A stretch of 64,000 nucleotides of DNA from Raillietiella orientalis (lineage: Eukaryota). Position 1 is the first letter of the stretch, and each line of letters begins with the position of its first letter. Location: the NCBI GenBank assembly GCA_036172245.1, contig JAYWIR010000024.1, positions 1,860,001-1,924,000 of the forward strand. Direction: 5' to 3'. A model generated the notes under the pieces. That model saw only the letters and a list, made by a program, of their open reading frames with translations, made no database searches and was not told the origin of the DNA. Position numbers and translations under genes: made by a program. Shown one piece after another: positions 12,173 through 22,469 of the stretch.

Positions 12173-13663
12173 CTTCTCTCTGCCTGCGATACGGCATCAG
12201 ACTTGCCACCTCGGCTTCCGGCTGTTCTGAAGCGCCCTCCGGGGGAAGGGCATCGCCGTAGCAAGGGGTGTCCCTTCCGCCCACGTGCAACTCGCTGGAA
12301 ATTCAAGAATTTCATGCAGAGTGCGGCGGGCGTAGATGCCGACTCGCAGGCAGTTCCACGTCTCGTGGTTCCTCTCATTAATCTTCGCCCACGTGCCAGC
12401 AGTCTCCTCCAGCCATGCGGAGGAGTTGGCGGGGCTGCAGAGCATCCAGCCGTTCTCCTTTGCCAAGGTGGACATGCGTCCGAGGAGCAGGCCGCATCTT
12501 CTTATCTTCCTTCCACGACATAAAAGAAGAGATGCAAGTCCTCCGGTTCCGGATGCACGTCTGGCGAGGAGGCGGGCAGGAACACACCAAAGGGTGCTCC
12601 ACAACTTCGCTGCGATGGCCAAGGTGCGCCATCGCAGCTGGATTTCCAAGCGCTCCAGTGTCAGGAGGCCTAGACCACCATCACGACGCGATGTGCACAA
12701 GTTCTTCAACAGGACTCGGGGCCTCCCTTTGCCCCAAAGGGCGATACGGAGGTGGTCCCTCGTCCGTTTCTTAAACTGAGGGGGGACGGGGCAAACAAAA
12801 AGCAGGGGGCGAACGTGGATGGGGACCGCGAACGTGTCCCATACCGCAGTCCTTTCCGGCAAGAGGAACTTGCCCTCGAGGAACGGGCCGATTGCCAACT
12901 CTACCTTCTGGAGACGGCCTGACCATGCTTCTGACGGGCAGAAGTCCCCCAGCGGAACGCCAAGGTATGTCAGATACCTGGCCGGGATCCCCAGGCGGAT
13001 CCAGTCAGGCCGTCCAACTCACGACGCACCAACCGCCACCATCGACGATTTTGCCCTGTTGACCCTCAGTCCCGTCCCGCGGCTTAGCAGATCGAAAAAA
13101 TATTCGACTGCCGTTGCCGGGGCAGACATTGGGAACAGGAGCAGCAGATCGTCGGCATATGCGGACACGGCAGGCGTGCCGGAACACGAGCTCGGCAAGG
13201 GGGCCAAAGTCGCCCTGTACGCTCTCAGCACCAACTCGAAGTAGGTGCTAAAGAGCAGGGGACTGAGGCTATCGTCCTGCCTGATGTCACGCCGTACCGG
13301 CACGCTGTACACGATTAGTCCTCTGAAAGAGATGTTCGTCAGCGCGGCGCGCCAGCAGGAGCGCAGGTATGTGAGCAAGGAGGGTGGGAAGCCCATTCGA
13401 TGCAGAAGTTCCAGGAGAAGCTCCTGGTCCACGCAGTCGAACGCCTTATGGAGATCGACCGCGATCGCTAGGGCCCCCTTCCCCGCCCGAGATTCCCTTC
13501 CCTGTCCGACTGGCGGCCCCAAAGCGGGGTTGTCGACTGATAGTCGTTTCATTGTGTCGCTCCGCTGCGTATAGAACCATGTGCTCGTGAAAAACAGGTT
13601 GGCCTCCATACTTCGCCCGGGAACAGCGTAAGTCTGCTCCGGGCTAATTATGGAGTCGGCCAC
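12173..13663. repeat. Direct repeat copy 1 (apparently identical to 20970-22460)
   Basis: Constant offset 8797; ORF-track translations inside the tract are identical. Confidence 0.9.
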
Positions 13664-14967
13664 TTGTCCCAATCACGCAGCCCACAGTCCGGCAATCAAC
13701 TTGGCGTCCGTATTCATGATTGTGGTCGGACGCCAGTTGCTTAACTTCCTGAGGTCTCCTCCCTTCGGAAGAAGCCTCACCCTGGCTGACCGAAACGAGG
13801 CGGGAACTTCGCCTTTGTCTCGGATGAACCTTGTCAACTCGAGCACCAGGGGGGTCAGCTCTGCAGCGAAGCACTGAAAGAACTCCGCCGGCAAGCAAGC
13901 CTCCCCTGGCGCCTTACGCCTCTTGAGCCTTTTAATCCCGGCGAGAATTTCATCGGTCGTAAAAGGCTCGTCGAGGCTTTCCTTCTCCTCCTCCCCTATC
14001 GCCAAGGCTCCATCCGAGAGCAAGAGCCATGAAGCGTCTCGTACCAGGAGTGCCCTGGCGTAAAGGGAGGAATAAAAACTCCTCACGAGTTGCCTTACCG
14101 CCGCCAGGGCAGAACGTTCCCGGTCCAGATCGTCCAGCAGGCTGGGCGACCCGGATTGCCAGGCTTGGCGCTCGGCCCCGCCTCGATACTCGGCCAGGAG
14201 ACGGACATTGAGGGTCCTTTCGTAACAACGGGCCTGTGAATAGCACCTTCCGTTGCGAGCCTCCCCTCGAAATCCGGTGCGCAGGCGGTGCATGGGGAAC
14301 TCCTCTCAGAACTCGCGGACTGAGTCCTTGAATCGGTCCCAGTTCGTGAGATTCTGGAGCTAACGCCTCTCAGGAATTGGTGAAGATGTTTTTTCTCACC
14401 TGAGAGTCTCGTCCAGTCTCCCGGCAAGTGCCACGCCCTGGATGGCAGTTCCTTGTCGCGCGGGCATAACTCGAAATTTAATCGGGAATGGTCCGACAGC
14501 GTCGACGGCAATTTTCCTCGTTCTCCGACCCGTGAGCACAGGTCGTCGTCGAGAAAACCGTGGTCGATACTGCGGACCATTGCTTCCACGTCCGGCAACA
14601 AGTTGCGCGCTCGTATGGAAGAGCACAACTCTTTCATCGCGTTCCCCTGTCCTCCAGGCTGATCTGAGAGCAGGCGGAGATTGAAATCCCCTGCTATCAG
14701 ATGAACCTTTCGCACGTCCATTTCCACCAGCCAGTCACGCTTCAGGATTTCCAAGAACGCATTTCGTTCCTGGTACCTCTGTTTACCACTGGGAGCGTAC
14801 ATGTTTGTGATGATGAGGTCGATCGAGTCGGACCATCTGAGAGTCAGTTGGCCGACCCGACTATCGTCATCAAAGCGCACGCCCTTCGCGGCAGCGTCGA
14901 CGGCTGACTTGACGAAGAACGCGACCCCACAGGTGTTCCGGGCGCCGCATCGCCAGTACAACCAACC

Positions 14968-15843
14968 AGTGATGACAGCTGCCTACCGGCGAGGTGGGAG
15001 GTCGCCTGCACCATTGCAGGAGCAACCCGACCCATGGGCGGCCGGAGGACTTGCGAGCTGGCAGACGCTGCCACGCCTCACAACATCGCGAAGGGTCTCC
15101 TTCGATGGAGCGAACTTTTGAGTGTGCCCCCCGAAGAACTTGTGGTCCCTCCCTCCTGTTTGAACACTTCCGTGTTCCCTTTAACTTGGAAACAGGACGT
15201 CATCATGCTGGTGCATTGGGGTTTTCACTCCAACCAGTGGATGAACCGTGTTTCAGGGGGAGTTGTCTCCCCGAACTGCAAAAGGTACGGAGAAGTGGAA
15301 ACGCTCCGGCACCTGCTCTTGGACTGCTGTGTCCTCCAAGGACTGGCGGAGGCTGGCCTCAGCTCTCCTGCTCCAGGGGGACACCGCAAGGGATTTGATG
15401 CGCCGCTTCTTCCCGCCAGGCAGCCTATCGTTAGGTGCGGGGGTCGCAACGGTCTGTTGCACTCGCGCCATGGACAAGTCCCACCGACAGCTGGAGTCCC
15501 AGGCGATTGGTCGAGAGGCCACCGGAATAGCCGAAGACCACATCACGTCGGCTGCCGAGTGGGCCCATCTTCCGGAAGACGTGAGGAGCGAGGTCTCCTG
15601 CATCCTCTGCCAGTTCTGAAGGAAAGGAACGGCCAAAGCCAAAGACCCCTGTCCCCTACCCTCCCCATATCTTTATTTATATTTTTTATATGAGCACTTG
15701 TGGTTCCCTCCCTCCCGTTCCGGACTTTCGGTTTACCGACCTGCGTGTCGGGGATCCCTCCATTCGTTTTTTTGTGTCCCTTGTCCGGGAACCCTGTTCC
15801 CGGATAGTTTAGTAATAAACGCCCCGGCGCACCCGGGTGGGAA
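14968..15843 (+). mobile_element. 5'-truncated Tx1 LINE (family B) inserted antisense into APE, 10-bp TSD
   Basis: TSD ACAACCAACC (14958-14967) / ACAACCGACC (15844-15853); removal restores IVGGRLYWRCGARNTCGVAFF; terminus AATAAACGCCCCGGCGCACCCGGGTGGGAA. Confidence 0.92.
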
Positions 15844-16032
15844 ACAACCGACCCCCCACTATCGTCTCGATCTCCTGGACGTCTGCTGCGATGATCACGT
15901 GGATCTCCTGCAGGAGCTCCAGGTCGAATTCTCGCAGGGTGTCGGCCGTATCTCGTCTGTTACCGTCGTTGCGCAGCCCGTTGACGTTCCAACAGGCCAC
16001 GCGGATACGACGGCGACAGGCGAGTCCAGGTG

Positions 16033-18679
16033 TTATGCCTGGAAACCTGGCGGTGGGGCTCCCGCCACCTTTTTGAGCTGGACGCTAGAAGGGGGGTGGC
16101 TTTCGCCCACCAACTCCCCATTCTTCTTAGGTGCCGACGTGTCCGGCTCCTCATGAGAAGGCGGTGTTTCGCCTACCTGTACGCCCTCCTCCATGGGGGC
16201 GGGCTGTTCAGGCTCGGCGCATGCAGGGGGTATTTCTCTCCCCTGAGCACCTTCCCCCATGGGAGTCGCCTGCTCGCCGGCTTCCGCGCGTGAGAGATCC
16301 CCGTCTTGGGCTCCCACGCTGCCGTCCAAGTGCACGGTGTCCATCGCATCCTTCTCTCTCGGAGCCGGAATGCACCTTCTTGGCTTTTGGGACTTCCGTC
16401 CCGCTTTCCGAGGAGATGCCTCCGCGGAGGAGGATGAACTTCCGGCCTCCCGGTCCGACTCACCTGAGGGGGCCACTTTCGCCGGAGCCGGCCTACTCAC
16501 GCCCTTGCTCGAGGGGTTCTGACGTTCGGCGAGCGCCTTGCCGCGAGCTCCTCCGCCGCCTTCTCGAAGGCCGCGTCCTCGCTGTCGGCGATGTTGTCGC
16601 TCCACTGACCCTCCACGCAAGCAGAGGGTGCGCCTTCGCGAGCATCGATCGCGGCGGGAACAGCGATGGAAGGAGTTTCGCCTCGGGTGGTGTCTGCGGG
16701 AACGGCAATGCGTTCCAGCGTCACCCTGCACTGACGGAGAGTATTTACTCGCGGCACGGATGTCACTTTCGATACGGTCGCGGTTTTCTCCTTTTTTTTC
16801 GGGACACTCTTGTCCTTCTTTACTTTTTTGGCTTTTACCAGCTGCCAGCCCTCTTCTCCCTCTACGATTTCGGGGACCTTGTCCTCCGAAGCCGGTTTTG
16901 GGGATTGGAGTAATGGCAGCTGTTCTCGGCCAGTTTCCCACATATTTGATTTTTCTTCCCCCGCGCGTTTCCCTTGCGCCTTTTTGGCGACCGGGGGAAT
17001 GGGGGTGGGGAGTTTCGGGCACACACAACGGACGTGGCCCTTCTCCCCGCACATGTAGCACTCGATGTTCGGGCGCCTTTTCCTCAGGTGCCCTACTGCA
17101 TCGCAGTAGCCGCAATATCGGGGTTTTCCCACGTACCAGAGGTTGACAGACTCGTCCGCGACCTCTAGTTTGTGTGGAAGCCCTCCCTGTTCATCAACAG
17201 TGACACGCGCTGCAGCCATGCCCCCGAAAAGGCTACCGTAGCCCTCGAAGATCGTAGGCTTCGGCCACAACGCGTGCACGTCTCCATATTTCTTTAACTC
17301 ATCACTAACCACAGACCGCATCATGCGCTTAGTGATGCCAGTGAGATGGACCACTACCGAACGGTCCATGGACTCCGGGAAGATCTTTCGGCCATCCATG
17401 ATCAGCAGGGTGTTGATCAGGCGCTGGGCCAAGCTGATGTCTTTGCAGACAAGCTCGACGCGCTGCGCCCCGCTGAGGACGGTAAGACCGTCCAGATCCT
17501 CTTCTTTCACATTTAGAGACTGCAACGCTCTTGTGAAAGAGCGTGCAGTCTTCCCATCAAACAAAGGGCCTACCTTATAAACAAGGGAAGGCTTGTTTCC
17601 GGTGGCCCTATATGCAGCGTGTTCGGCCAAGGCTTCCGAGCTAGGCGCGGCCACCATGGCGCTCCAACTCCTCGCTGGTGCCCGCGTCGGAGGCTTTGTG
17701 GTTAAGGCTTCCGCGCGTGGCACCATGCGTCGCGGGTTCGAATACTTCGGCAGATAACTTGACGCCATTGCGTCGTTTGGGTTCCGAGTTTCTCCTGCAA
17801 CGGCGCTAGTTTGCCGAGACATTCGGGCGTGGCCCCGGCGGTGGATAAAGCCGGCGGCCTCCCGATGAAGGCCGGAACAATGGGAGTCGACCTTCGGGTC
17901 CTCCCAGGAATAAAGGAGTGAGGAGTTCCCCCTCCTGTGTGCAAAGGAGAGTGGACCCCCGTCACCGGGGGGACCGCCTCCGGTTTCAAGATGGAGCAGA
18001 AGCCCTCACGGGCACCTCTCCAGTCGTTCAAAGGAACGGACCCCCCTGTTGGGGGGTCCCTCCGAGTCGTCGCCTCTTCACAGAGTGTGTACAAAGGAAA
18101 GAAGCTAAGCGAGAGCGATTCCCTGCGGGAAGCTGCAGCGCCCCTTCTGAGTTTCGGAAGCACCCCTGTGGGGGTTGTCTTCAGAGGAGTGAATAAAGGA
18201 GCGGTTCCCTTGCGGGTTCCCTCCGGAGAAGAAATTCCTAGAAGCGGATCCTTTCCGGGTTCCCTTCGGAGAAGTTGAAATGGAGAGGACCACCACCCCG
18301 CAAGGGGGGGTGTCCCTCCGGAGAGAATGAGGAAGAAGAGATTCCCTTCGGGGTTCCCCTTCGGAGACAACCAGGGTGGGAGGTGAGATCCCCCCCGTCC
18401 GGGGGGATCCCTCCCCAAGCGTGAGAGGAACGGACTCCGAGCCCTTCCTGGATTCAATAGGGCGGACCCCATCGCGGGGTGCCCCCTATCCTGAAGAATA
18501 TTACACTGAAGAATCACACGCCCCCCCCTGCGGGTTGCCGCGGACAGGCGTGGAAACAAAACTCCTCGCTGGTGGCAAAGAGGATCCCGGGGCAGATGCC
18601 CCCATCTCCGCAGGTTGTGAGGGGAGACTTGACTCCTCACACCTACCTCCATCGCGGTCTCCTTAGGCATCGCTGCCAT
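16033..18679 (-). pseudogene. ORF1 (gag-like, two CCHC knuckles), interrupted by a SINE at 17681-18559
   Basis: CGYCDAVGH and CYMCGEKGHVRCVC; removing the SINE and one TSD gives AEMGASAPGSSLPPARSWSAM, matching VEVGATAPTESSLASARAWNAV of the plus-strand ORF1. Confidence 0.88.
17681..18559 (+). mobile_element. tRNA-derived SINE-like element, 879 bp, 15-bp TSD
   Basis: Head with D-arm/A-box-like GGCTTTGTGGTTAAGGC and B box GGTTCGAAT; perfect TSD AACTCCTCGCTGGTG at 17666-17680 and 18560-18574; three further copies in the window. Confidence 0.88.
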
Positions 18680-18796
18680 TGGACACCGACGATCCACACT
18701 ACACACCACACAAAAAAATAAAGAAAACGCTTTTCCAGGGACTGGTTCACGGAGAGCCTTAAAAAACACGTCCGCCCAAACCAGGATTCGGAGATG

Positions 18797-19494
18797 CCAC
18801 CCGGATACGCCGGGACGTTTATTTAAAACCTCTTGCATGGTCAATACAAAAAAACGTGGTACAAGGCCCCACTAACGGCCACGCAACAACGGACTTGACG
18901 GGACACCGGGACGCAGCCTGGTGTGACTCTCCTCGGCAATGGAAGGGGATGGGGGAGAAAACAAAAATAAAAATAAAATTGAGAAAAAAAACAAAAAGAG
19001 TTTGGAGGGCCGGGAAGGGATCACATTCCACTACGGGGAGGGCCCATCCTTTGCAGGATGCCCTCGAGGTCCCCCTTCATTCTTCCCAGCTGGGGCCATC
19101 CGGCAGCTCTCTGCATGAAGCGAACTGCATAGGGGATGAATTCCATCTCGTTGGAATCAACATCTTCGTCCTGGGCATCACTCCATGCCGCCACGATGCC
19201 CCGGATGCAGCAAAGTGCTGCAAGGACTGCGGAGGGCTGCAGGGCGTCCCGCACGAACAGGAGTCGTAAAACGTCTCAGAGCTCGCTGCCCACCGGGACC
19301 CCGAGGGTCCTCCCAAAATGTTCCCAAAGGGGCCGGAGGGCAGCACAATCAACAAGAAGGTGGGGGAACGATTCACGCTCTCCGCACCTGGCACACTCAG
19401 GCTTTACTCTCCCCGCGTCCAGTGGAAGCGCCGCGAGTTGCTGGGTAACCCCCAATGCAACAGCAGCAGCGCCGATTCTTGCCACTTCAGGGGG
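18797..19494 (-). mobile_element. 5'-truncated Tx1 LINE 3' fragment (family A)
   Basis: CARCGERESFPHLLVDC; closely similar to 20130-20825; AATAAACGTCCCGGCGTATCCGGGTGG terminus. Confidence 0.9.
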
Positions 19495-20070
19495 ACCACC
19501 TACGTGGAAGAGATTGACGAATCTTTGGGCAAATCGCTCAAGAAACTCAACCAGCCCAGCGGTCCCCAAGAGGTCCGCCAAACGTTCCTGGAAAACAAAA
19601 TCGGCAATCTGAGGGAATTTATCCGGATCGCCTCCGCCTATGTCCACCCTCATCACTACCTGATCCTGCAGTCGCTGCTGTACATGGAGTCCTTGTGCTT
19701 CTCGCTGATAGACTTCCGCCTGCTGAGAACCGACGAACTGGCCGAGGTGTCCAAGGCCTACGCAACACTGACGGAGATTAGGCGGATGATCCATCCAGGA
19801 GTCGATCGGTACGGCCTCATTTTGGAACTGGAGCTAAGCCTCTACGGAAGCATGCGGTTAATCCTGCTGCAGAGGGAAGAAACGCAGTCCATCAGCTCTC
19901 TCGGCACTCAGATGGCAATGCGTGAAGCACAGCTGCAGTGGCTTAAAAATCTAATCAGTCTGCAAAAGAAGAACAATATCTTTAGCACCTGGGAGGTGGA
20001 GCAGATAGAAAGGAATATCCAGCTGTTCACCGAACAAGAGGACCTCAACCCAGATGACTCTGCACAATGA
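19495..20070 (+). pseudogene. 3' fragment of a SET/MYND (arthropod SmydA-like) gene, uninterrupted frame
   Basis: About 190 open codons with VHPHHYLIL and IHPGVDRYGLILELEL, resembling the SmydA C-terminal HPNHY / PG..R.RG..L.EL motifs; stop at 20070, AATAAA at 20107-20112. Confidence 0.65.
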
Positions 20071-20129
20071 CCTTCATCCCGTCTAGCAGCCGCCTCATCC
20101 TTCCTCAATAAAACCAGGATTCGGAGATG

Positions 20130-22468
20130 CCAACCCGATACTCTGGGACGTTTATTTAAAACTTCGCATTGGTCAATACAAAAAAAACGTGGTACAAGGC
20201 CCCACTAACAGCCACGCAATACCGGACCTGCCGGGACGCCGGGACGCAGCCCGGTGTGACTCTCCTCGGCAGTGGAAGGGGATGGGGGAGAAAACAAAAA
20301 TAAAATAAAATTCAGAAAAAAAAACAAAAAGAGTTTAGAGGGTCGGGAAGGGATCACATTCCACTACGGGGAGGGCCCATCCTTTGCAGGATGCCCTCGA
20401 GGTCCTTCTTCATTCTGCCCAACTGGGGCCATCCGGTAGCTCTCTGCAGGAAGCGAACAGTATACTGGATGACGTCCGTCACGTTGCAATCTTCATCTTC
20501 GGCATCACTCTAGGCCGTTACAATCCCACGGATGCAGCAAAGTGCTGCCAGGGCTGCGGCTGGCTGCAGGGCGTCCCGCACGAAACGAAGGCGGTAAAAC
20601 GTCTCTGGGGTTGCCACCAACCGGTATCCCAAGGGTCGTCCCGAAAGATTCCCAGAGGGGTCGGAGGGCAGGATAGTCAACTATTAGGTGGGGGAGAGAC
20701 TCCCGCTCCCCACACCTGGCACACGCAGGATTTACTCTTCCCCGCGTCCAGTGGAAGCGGCGCGCGTTGCAGGGTAGACCCCAATGCAGCCACAGAAGCG
20801 CCGACTCTTGCCACTTCAGGGGAAGAATCCTGGATTCAATTAGAACCGGGGGCCACTTCAGGTCATCCGACCGGATGCCGAGCAGCTCGCCCCATCTTTT
20901 TAATCCATGCGGCTGGACACTAGGGGTTGTAGCGTCTGTCAGCTCTCCCATGGTCCAGCAGCTCATCATCTTCTCTCTGCCTGCGATACGGCATCAGACT
21001 TGCCACCTCGGCTTCCGGCTGTTCTGAAGCGCCCTCCGGGGGAAGGGCATCGCCGTAGCAAGGGGTGTCCCTTCCGCCCACGTGCAACTCGCTGGAAATT
21101 CAAGAATTTCATGCAGAGTGCGGCGGGCGTAGATGCCGACTCGCAGGCAGTTCCACGTCTCGTGGTTCCTCTCATTAATCTTCGCCCACGTGCCAGCAGT
21201 CTCCTCCAGCCATGCGGAGGAGTTGGCGGGGCTGCAGAGCATCCAGCCGTTCTCCTTTGCCAAGGTGGACATGCGTCCGAGGAGCAGGCCGCATCTTCTT
21301 ATCTTCCTTCCACGACATAAAAGAAGAGATGCAAGTCCTCCGGTTCCGGATGCACGTCTGGCGAGGAGGCGGGCAGGAACACACCAAAGGGTGCTCCACA
21401 ACTTCGCTGCGATGGCCAAGGTGCGCCATCGCAGCTGGATTTCCAAGCGCTCCAGTGTCAGGAGGCCTAGACCACCATCACGACGCGATGTGCACAAGTT
21501 CTTCAACAGGACTCGGGGCCTCCCTTTGCCCCAAAGGGCGATACGGAGGTGGTCCCTCGTCCGTTTCTTAAACTGAGGGGGGACGGGGCAAACAAAAAGC
21601 AGGGGGCGAACGTGGATGGGGACCGCGAACGTGTCCCATACCGCAGTCCTTTCCGGCAAGAGGAACTTGCCCTCGAGGAACGGGCCGATTGCCAACTCTA
21701 CCTTCTGGAGACGGCCTGACCATGCTTCTGACGGGCAGAAGTCCCCCAGCGGAACGCCAAGGTATGTCAGATACCTGGCCGGGATCCCCAGGCGGATCCA
21801 GTCAGGCCGTCCAACTCACGACGCACCAACCGCCACCATCGACGATTTTGCCCTGTTGACCCTCAGTCCCGTCCCGCGGCTTAGCAGATCGAAAAAATAT
21901 TCGACTGCCGTTGCCGGGGCAGACATTGGGAACAGGAGCAGCAGATCGTCGGCATATGCGGACACGGCAGGCGTGCCGGAACACGAGCTCGGCAAGGGGG
22001 CCAAAGTCGCCCTGTACGCTCTCAGCACCAACTCGAAGTAGGTGCTAAAGAGCAGGGGACTGAGGCTATCGTCCTGCCTGATGTCACGCCGTACCGGCAC
22101 GCTGTACACGATTAGTCCTCTGAAAGAGATGTTCGTCAGCGCGGCGCGCCAGCAGGAGCGCAGGTATGTGAGCAAGGAGGGTGGGAAGCCCATTCGATGC
22201 AGAAGTTCCAGGAGAAGCTCCTGGTCCACGCAGTCGAACGCCTTATGGAGATCGACCGCGATCGCTAGGGCCCCCTTCCCCGCCCGAGATTCCCTTCCCT
22301 GTCCGACTGGCGGCCCCAAAGCGGGGTTGTCGACTGATAGTCGTTTCATTGTGTCGCTCCGCTGCGTATAGAACCATGTGCTCGTGAAAAACAGGTTGGC
22401 CTCCATACTTCGCCCGGGAACAGCGTAAGTCTGCTCCGGGCTAATTATGGAGTCGGCCACCTGCCCCA
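20130..22468 (-). mobile_element. 5'-truncated Tx1 LINE (family A) with most of RT
   Basis: RT from QVADSIISPEQTY through YADD, GGLGL, zinc finger, 3' UTR and terminal motif. Confidence 0.9.
20970..22460. repeat. Direct repeat copy 2 (apparently identical to 12173-13663)
   Basis: Constant offset 8797 from copy 1; identical ORF-track translations. Confidence 0.9.
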
Positions 22469-22469
22469 A

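Larger units (their letters stand above)
11554..16032 (-). pseudogene. ORF2 (APE-RT-zinc finger), several stops/frameshifts, interrupted at 14968-15843
   Basis: WNVNGLR, LQEIH, GVAFF, NMYAP, AGDFN, LSDH, KAPGE, YADD and RCGERETLPHLLVDC motifs in successive frames. Confidence 0.9.
11340..18777 (-). mobile_element. Near full-length, inactivated Tx1/L1-clade LINE (family A) with two nested insertions
   Basis: Order 5' UTR - ORF1 - APE - RT (NWRPTTIMNTDAK, IISPEQTYAVPGRS, DLHKAFD, IRQDDSLSPLLF, AYADD, RYLG) - RDGGLGL - zinc finger - U-rich UTR - AATAAA stem-loop. Confidence 0.93.

Noticed and set aside
16497..17822. Intact 441-aa ORF1 as listed in the ORF track
   Set aside because: The first 47 or so codons are antisense SINE sequence and the C-terminus is frameshifted.
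18491..18557. Hammerhead ribozyme-like CTGAAGA...stem...GAAAC at the SINE tail
   Set aside because: Four extra nucleotides separate the core from stem II, no stem III or cleavage triplet follows, and CTGA is not kept in the other copies.
19318..20070. Functional 250-aa fusion protein
   Set aside because: The first 59 codons are antisense LINE and the start is not supported; only the SmydA-like part looks coding.
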